64,000 nucleotides of DNA, from the NCBI GenBank assembly GCA_002269645.1, contig NIVC01000757.1:385127-449126 (forward strand), in the 5' to 3' direction. Within the stretch, counting starts at the first letter, position 1. The number at the start of each line of letters is the position of its first letter. Under the pieces are notes generated by a model. It did not search any database. It was not told the DNA's origin and worked only from the letters and a program-made list of their open reading frames with translations. The DNA comes from Macrostomum lignano (Eukaryota). A program made the translations under genes and the position numbers. This document shows, one piece after another, positions 56,997-64,000 of this stretch.

Positions 56997-57780
56997 ATGA
57001 CTACAAATTTAGATACTATAAAACAATTGGTAGATCGAACTAATTCAAAATTTAGTACAACATTACAGTTTATAATGACAACCAGCGAGCAACGGATTCA
57101 ATTGCGCGATCCATTACAACTTGATCAAAGCCTAAGTTATCAAATAGGTTTAATACTATTTTCGGTTTTTAACATGCCTCAATTAATTAATGCAACAAAT
57201 AATCAATTTAGATATTCTAAAGATTCCGGAGCCAATTGGACAACATTTAGCGTTAACCCAGGAGCGTATAGCTATACTGATTTGAATGCTTATATAGAAG
57301 GAGAATTAACAACTAATGGAGATTGGGTATCAGGCGCAATTGTTATAGGGTTGATTTACCGTCTGGCAGATTCACACTATCACTAGGATCCGGATATCAG
57401 GTTGATTTCACAATTGCAAATTCACTCAGAACCATACTTGGATTTAATTCCCGAATAGTTACCACATCAAGCACCGGAGATACAGTGGAAATATTGAGGG
57501 TGGAGTTAATACAATTAATATAACAACCGACATATCAAACGGTGGTTATATAACAGATAATAATGGAGTTTTGGTTCAACGTGGAATTATTTATTCAATC
57601 CCATTTCTTGCTGTTCCAATTGGAGAGAAAATGATTGTATCACCTCAAACCCCAATATATTACCCATTAAATCAATATAATGTTCAATCAATTTATATTA
57701 GGATTGTAGATGAAAGCGATAGATTAATAAGTTTTGGTGGGCAGTCAATAACAATAATTTTACGTATAAAACAGGTTTAG
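56997..57780 (+). CDS. Minor capsid protein (penton-like); two frameshifts
   Basis: L.DPLQL...YQIGL..F...N...NN.F.Y...W......GAY...DLN; LGF; IYSIP...VP.G.K.IVSP..PIYYP...I.IRI.D...I.F.G. Confidence 0.8.
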
Positions 57781-57824
57781 CCGAACCAAAGGTTCGAGGA
57801 CTTTGTCCGTTTCCTATAGTAAAA

Positions 57825-58004
57825 ATGGGTAATAATAATAATAATTTAATAAAAAAACAATCAGAAAAAGTTAAAAAAGCTGAAGATAATTACGAACTAG
57901 AACTAGCAAAATTAAGGCAGTTACAAGCTGATAAAATAAGAAAGGAATTGTTAAAACCCACACCTACGAAACTAACTAAAACCAAGAGTTTTTCAGGAAC
58001 ATAA
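57825..58004 (+). CDS. Small basic protein (59 aa, starts MG)
   Basis: Translated by hand; TAAAAATG start context; sits between penton and protease; below the ORF-track cutoff. Confidence 0.5.
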   Translation: MGNNNNNLIKKQSEKVKKAEDNYELELAKLRQLQADKIRKELLKPTPTKLTKTKSFSGT

Positions 58005-58005
58005 A

Positions 58006-58438
58006 ATGACCATGACGTGGGATGATTTTAAACAAAGATATGGAACGACACAACAAGCAATATCGAATTAACAAATTGGGCGAGGCAGTTAAAAATAAAA
58101 CCATTCAGATGTGTTATGCGGATGAGATAAAAGACTTACCAAATATGGATGTTTCATTGTTAATATTGAAACAACAAAAGAAAATGGTGTTCATTGGTCA
58201 GCAGTTTATTCAAAACCAAAACTTGTTTATTTTTTTGATTCATACGCGCTTCCTCCGTTACAGGAAATAAAAGACAAATTTAATCATACTAAAAATCGTT
58301 TATGTGGAGATCATCACGAACAATTTCAAACATTTGATAAAAGTTATTGCGGGCAGCGCGTTATATTTTTTATATAAAATTAATAACTCGAAGGAAAGAC
58401 CCGAAGACTTTAGGGGTATTTTAGACTCTATAAAATAG
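58006..58438 (+). CDS. Adenain-like cysteine protease (capsid maturation), frameshifted
   Basis: Reconstructed across frames: CFIVN...NGVHWSAVY...YFFDSY..PP...QFQ.FD.SYCGQ, giving the catalytic H, D, Q and C. Confidence 0.8.
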
Positions 58439-58447
58439 ACAGTAAAA

Positions 58448-60493
58448 ATGTTATTTTCTGGAACACCCTCATGGAACGGAACAACAAGTAGTGGTGGTGG
58501 TGGCACATCTGGTGGAATAAGTGTTACATTTGGAGATAATCGATATATTAATGAAGATGAAGGTTATAAAAAAAGTGAAGTTGATACTAAACTAAATTTA
58601 AAAAGAAATGTTGCAGATTCCTATACTAAAACTCAAATAGATGATTCACTAAATCTGAAACGGAACGTAGCCGATTCCTATACCAAAACCGAAGTTGATA
58701 ATTCATTAAATTTAAAACGCAATACAGCCGATTCTTATACCAAAACAGAGTTGATAATTCATTAAATTTAAAAGAGATATAACGATTCTTATACCAAAAC
58801 CGAAGTTGATAATTCATTAAATTTGAAACGGAACGTAGCCGATTCTTATACCAAAACCGAAGTTGATAATGGATTAAATTTAAAAAGAGATGTAACTGAT
58901 TCTTATTCTCGAACTGATTCTGATTCACGTTATGTTCAAACCACCGCAACCGGAAACCTAGATATGAGCAACAACCGAATTATAAATGTTTCAATTACAA
59001 CTAGTGATTCAGTGGTTGATAAGAACTATGTCGATAATCAAGTTGCCACTCGTAGTGGTAATATTAATATGAATAATTTTAAATTAACAAATTTATTATT
59101 TGGAACAGAGAACGCAGACTCGATAACTCTAGGCCAAGTAAACGAGCGAGCTAATGCAACCGACGCCGATATTTTTACCACGCCGCTTACATCAAATACT
59201 TCAAATCCTGATGTTGTTCTTACAGCATCTGAAAATGGCAACACAGCTTTTCGAGTTGGAGATGGAAGCCTTGCGACACAATGGTCACCAAATACCGGAA
59301 CCACAACCAATATGGAAATTCAATTTGAATTTTTAGGTTATAATAGAAGAATATTTGAATTAAGAATTACAGGCAGTGAAACAATTGAGATACCCTCGGG
59401 GTGGTCGGTTCGCGCAAAAAATGTTGCTACCGATTCATGGACGACATTAACTACGTCGGGATCACCAGTTCAAGCAACATCATTTGCTCTATCTAATTTA
59501 ACGACTAATTTTTGGAAATATTATAGCGTATTCTTCCCAACTGGTGGTACCGGTACACAACCTATCGAGGTTCGTCAAATACAATTATTTGAACACCGTG
59601 TTGAAATTCAAGATCTTAATTGGCCAACTCAAATACTTTCTGCAGTTCCGCGAGCGTACGTAGATCAGCTAGCTACTCCAACATCAAATGGTAGAATGTC
59701 TGGAAGCGATAAAAATAAATTGGATGGAATACCTGCTATTGATGCGGCCTTGTTCGAACCAGTAATTTGCAATTGGTCTGGATATCAAAATCCAACAACC
59801 GCCGGAGATATATATCCAGTCGGTTCTTTAATTAGCGATGCTTCTTATATCGATTATCAAAACGGCGCTAGAATTACTCGTGAAACTTCTGGAGTAAGTG
59901 GTGCTTTACAATTCAATTTCACACATTTTCAAAATATATCTGCGTCTTTCTTTTTCCGAGTTGCTAATTCTACAGGAGATGGTGCAGATGCGGTTTGGTT
60001 TTATGCATACTGTCACGAACGTCCAACATCGGAATTTGGAACTGGATTATCAACCGACGCCGGGCTGATAGTGTTTGCTAGTGAGTGGACTGATAGGTTT
60101 GGAGTTGTTTGGAGTAATAAAAAATCAGACGGATCTACGGTTCGTAACGATGTTAGTAGTGATGCGGATCAAACTGTAGCCTATGCTAATATTGATAACG
60201 GTGATTGGCATTTATTTGAAGTTAATATTTTAAATCAAAGGGTTTGGTACCGATTACAGTCATACAATGTTGCTGGTGATTCTTTTACCCTCATTGGACA
60301 GAACGTTTTCACATATGATAGTGGAACTTGGGGAACTTTAGATAAATCTGGAACCCTTATGGGTTTTGGTGCTCGAACTGGTGGAGCGGATGCTGCACAT
60401 TTTATTCGTGGTGCAGTTGTATGTGGTAGTACGTCGTTTGGTTATGTTTTTCCCTCTACTGCTTATTTGGAAAAACCTCCTACTCAAATATAA
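58448..60493 (+). CDS. Fibre/receptor-binding-like protein: 19-aa repeats, fibre-stalk motifs, discoidin-like domain, C-terminal legume-lectin-like domain
   Basis: ORFs 58448.. and 58823.. are in the same frame, with three 1-bp losses in repeat 4. YTKTEVDNSLNLKRNVADS x6; NMNNFKLTNL..GT...D...LGQV; ATPTSNGRMSGSDKNKLDGI; GDGADAVWF...GDWH...GFGARTGG...H.I. Confidence 0.7.
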
Positions 60494-60524
60494 AATATTT
60501 ATATATAAAATATTTCTATATAAA

Positions 60525-60851
60525 ATGGCTTTTAGTAGAACTCCATCGATGCGGCAAAATAATGTTATTATTCCTATTCCTAAACAAGAATCAAATATAA
60601 AAACATTCAAATCTCATACCAAATTTTTATTTAGTACTGTAAATGTTCAGGATAATAAGAAGCTTCAAGAATTAATTAAGTTATTAAAAAATCATATTAT
60701 ACTTCAAGAGTTTTGGAAAATAGGATTTAAATGGGAGAAAAAAGAAAGAATAACTCCAATACAATACCTATTGAGCTCGGGACAAATCCCCAAAGAGCGT
60801 GGGGAATTCATTTTGGTGCTATTAAAAATAGACGAGAATGTCGGTATCTGA
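60525..60851 (+). CDS. Polinton hypothetical protein (108 aa)
   Basis: ATG in TAAAATG context at 60525, within ORF 60366..60851. Confidence 0.5.
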   Translation: MAFSRTPSMRQNNVIIPIPKQESNIKTFKSHTKFLFSTVNVQDNKKLQELIKLLKNHIILQEFWKIGFKWEKKERITPIQYLLSSGQIPKERGEFILVLLKIDENVGI

Positions 60852-61505
60852 AGCAGATAAATGGGAACGCGACCGGTTCAACCAACGTAAAGGTCAGATG
60901 TTAAGTAATGTTGATCGAATAAATTATGATTATGATTTATATGCTAAAAAAGTAAGAAGAGTTTCAAACCATATAAGAAATATGGATTTTTCAATATTGG
61001 ATTTGGAAGCTTATCAATGTTATGTGTAATCGTTTTAGGTATTTTACAATCTATTCCAACTCTTAATTTATCTCAATTATTTTTAGGTATTTCAATTGGC
61101 TCAATATCAGGTTTTGAATTGATCAGGAACTTATCAATACTTTTAGCAATTAAATTATATCTTAAAAAAAGAAAGGAAAAATATAAATCATTAAGAGATG
61201 TTGCAAGCAATATAAAAATCAATTATATTTATATGTGCAAAAAATATTGGATGACGGAGAGATAACGATTCATGAATTATCAACCGCGGTTGAATTATAT
61301 GAAAAATATTTAAAAGATAGAAATAGAATTTTAGATGTTGAAACTTTTACCGATATGGAATTAAAAGAATTACGTTGGACAAACCCAAAGCTCCACCTAT
61401 AGAAACATTAGGTATTTACGAACCTGAAACTATTGCTACTGGGGCACAAAGCCCACGGTCAGGAAGTGCTGTAGAACTTAGTTGTTTAATTTTTTAATGC
61501 ATATG

Positions 61506-61967
61506 TTATATATTCTTCCCAAAGTGGTAACTCTCTTCTGATCTAGGTTTAAATTTTTTATCAATACATAAAAATTCCAATGACTTTTTCAATAACATTT
61601 CGTTAGGTATGTTACCTATCCTTATAAACTTTGTATTCTCTCGAATAAGAAAATTGAAATAATATCCAACTAAAATTAAAATCCTTTCAGAGTCTTTCGA
61701 ACTTAATCCCTTTCCTTTATTTAAATGGAAAAAGTTATTATATAAATAAACATTATTTCCGGGAATTAAAATTGGATCAGAAATGTCTCTTGTAAGATTT
61801 CTTAAAATTGTGTTTTTAAAATAGTAATATGAGTTTTCAATCTTTTTTGTTTTTTCAAATTGATATATTTTAGAACATGAATAACACATATGATATATAT
61901 CTCCGTTTGCTGTTTGCCCTCTGTGCATAGTCACATTACATTTATTACAAACATAAATGTCTTTCAT
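61506..61967 (-). CDS. Polinton hypothetical zinc-ribbon protein (153 aa)
   Basis: CNKC...CYSC at the N-terminus; divergent from the next ORF with a 26-bp spacer. Confidence 0.65.
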   Translation of the reverse strand: MKDIYVCNKCNVTMHRGQTANGDIYHMCYSCSKIYQFEKTKKIENSYYYFKNTILRNLTRDISDPILIPGNNVYLYNNFFHLNKGKGLSSKDSERILILVGYYFNFLIRENTKFIRIGNIPNEMLLKKSLEFLCIDKKFKPRSEESYHFGKNI

Positions 61968-61993
61968 TTTTTTGTTATTTTTTTAGATTAAAA

Positions 61994-62287
61994 ATGGAGA
62001 GCTGGTTCAAAACCGATTCTAATGTGATTAATTATCTCACACCCAATATGTTGGAGAATAAAGAATATAATATTATATGTTTGAGACAGGTTAAATTTAT
62101 TGGGCTTCAATCAATATTTTTACAATTAGATGGGCAAAAAATTTTATGTCTAAGCGGAGATGATGTTAAAAATTTTCCTGTTTTAGTTATTAATAAACCT
62201 AAAGCGTTTGTTATGAAATACTGCAACGAGGGTGGATTGCAATTTAAACTAAAACAAAAAATAATAAAAAGAGTGATAGGACTGTAA
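61994..62287 (+). CDS. Polinton hypothetical protein (97 aa)
   Basis: Intact ORF with TAAAAATG start. Confidence 0.6.
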   Translation: MESWFKTDSNVINYLTPNMLENKEYNIICLRQVKFIGLQSIFLQLDGQKILCLSGDDVKNFPVLVINKPKAFVMKYCNEGGLQFKLKQKIIKRVIGL

Positions 62288-62726
62288 AATTGGCGGCTGT
62301 TTGGGAGGATGACCGAATAAGTTTAAATTTTTTATAAGAAAATGGAGACGATAAAAATCCTTATCACTAAAGAGCGTGAACTTAATGATATTAATAAAAA
62401 AATAAATATAATTATATCTCAGAAATATCATGAGTATGGGGACGATATGTTTCCCATCCGATATGATAGATAAAAGAAAACGTTTTTACAAGCAATTTTA
62501 TGCTGAAATAGTAATTGAAATTGAAATAGATAGTTGGTTAGAAAAATAAAAAAACTTAGGAAAAAAATAAAGGATTGTTTAAGTTACCCTGCCGACTGTG
62601 AGGATAATTGGTGCTCAATAATATATGAAATTGAAGTTAATGATTTGCTCAAACAATTACATGCTTTAGTTTTTTTCAGTAATTTTTCTGTTAATCTCTT
62701 CCAGTTATTCAAGACTTTTTCCTTAT

Positions 62727-64000
62727 TTAATTTTTTATATCTTTTTCATATTCTAGAAATGTATTATATTCACAATCACATTCGGATTCACAATCACAAT
62801 CGTAATAATAATTATTTATTGCCTCTTTGTATTCATTATATTTACTTATTATATCTTCTTTTTGTTTTTTATCTTTTATCATATTTTTTATCTCTTCTTT
62901 TAAACCATATGGATATGTTTTAATTTTATCATCTAAATATCTTTTATCATCAAATGGACTTAATGTTTTTTTATCTGTCTCGATGACAAACATCTGATGC
63001 TTATCTGAATTTAATCGATATTGTGGAGCATGATAATTTTCAATTGTATTAAGGTAATCTAAAAGTACGTTTTTATAATCATCAAATGTTATCTTTTTTA
63101 CTGCTGCTCTTGATACCCTTTTATTTTTTTTACCTCTCCCTCCTGTCCTAAAACTTAAATGCATAGCATTTTGATCTTATTGCTATAAACTCGGTTATGA
63201 TTTTGCTATTTAATTCATCTTTCATTTTAAGTACAACTTTTTATTTTGATTCGATTTTAAGGATGGTTATCCGGATAGTCGAGGTCCAATGTATCCTTAA
63301 TTTTTTCCATATCTTTATAGACATCGAACTTTGGTTCGCGGGCTTTGCCCGATCCTCTGTTTCAACCTTAAATACCAAACTGTCGGTGTCTGCATATATT
63401 GGATAGTTATCTGGCCATGTTTTATTTATAACATCATAATAATATTCATACATTACTAGCTTTGCAAATCTAAAACAACCATTCCAATAAATATTGGTTT
63501 AAGAAATTTTGTTGTTTTATTTCTCATATGAATACCCATAAAGTTATCATCAAATTTTATAAAGTCTTTAAAGTTAGGTTTTGAGAAATATTTCTTTGCT
63601 TTATCAATATCCTTTTCTAAATGGAATTGGGTTCTATCTCTAATATTTTCAACCGTTTTTCCATAAAAAGCATTATTCATTAATTTCCAATAATCTTTCT
63701 CAAAATTTGTTTTTGACATCTGTCTCTGATTTGAATTAAAGTCAATATATTTAGCTAACCAATCTTCCTCAATAAACGATATTGTTCGATGTACTTTAGA
63801 CACTTTTAATCCCTGTTTTCATAAAATTGTAGAAGCTTATAATGCACTACATAGTTTTTTTATCATGTAAATTTAATATTAATTTTTTTGTTGCTAGATG
63901 TTTTGCATTATCTGCTTTAAGATAATCTTTTGTGTTTGTGATAAATCATCTTCATTAACTGAACAATGCTCTGGAGCTAAAGGATATTTATATGTTTTTG
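62727..64000 (-). CDS. polB: Protein-primed family B DNA polymerase, C-terminal part (frameshifted, 5' part outside window)
   Basis: YPLAPE; KLILNLHDK; motif B YWKLMNNAFYGKT; KPIFIG..VLDL; motif C YADTDS; terminal KTLSPFDDKRY. Confidence 0.92.

Larger units (their letters stand above)
50887..64000. mobile_element. Polinton/Maverick (adintovirus-like endogenous virus), left end in window, truncated by window end
   Basis: AGTAGT terminus and an abrupt switch to AT-rich, gene-dense DNA without spliceosomal introns. Contains rve integrase, A32-like ATPase, major and minor capsid proteins, adenain-like protease and protein-primed PolB. Confidence 0.95.

Noticed and set aside
62534-62923. Plus-strand ORF overlapping the PolB C-terminus; also 60838..61265 and other short ORFs
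   Set aside because: Partly antisense shadow of PolB or fragments of frameshifted genes; boundaries and products cannot be supported.

Overview
Eukaryotic (invertebrate animal) genomic DNA. The minisatellite-packed introns and the GPCR type suggest a flatworm such as Macrostomum, but that is an inference. Bases 1-50886 are host sequence: an RTE-type LINE fragment, a two-exon rhodopsin-class GPCR, a complete 12-exon BBS7 gene, a GRAM-domain gene, a WSC-domain exon, a small cluster of PAN + F-type lectin genes, a CUB-domain exon, tRNA-derived SINEs, MITE-like foldbacks and many tandem arrays. From 50887 (AGTAGT terminus) to the window end lies an AT-rich Polinton/Maverick (adintovirus-like) element. 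It encodes integrase, HNH nuclease, major and minor capsid proteins, packaging ATPase, adenain-like protease, a fibre-like lectin protein and protein-primed PolB; several of these genes are broken, mostly by 1-bp deletions. The main discovery is inside this element. A 333-nt group I intron (IC1-like, minus strand, 53290-52958) folds with covarying P1-P10 helices and splits the Ca2+-binding loop (NFTG|PGT) of a phospholipase-A2-integrase fusion gene. It appears to end in A rather than G, and it sits directly downstream of a free-standing HNH endonuclease, an arrangement resembling collaborative homing. A second novelty is a 28-bp double-hairpin mini-element, present four times in the Polinton. 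Three copies are flanked by AT on both sides: one inside the intron, one in-frame in a small ORF and one in PolB.
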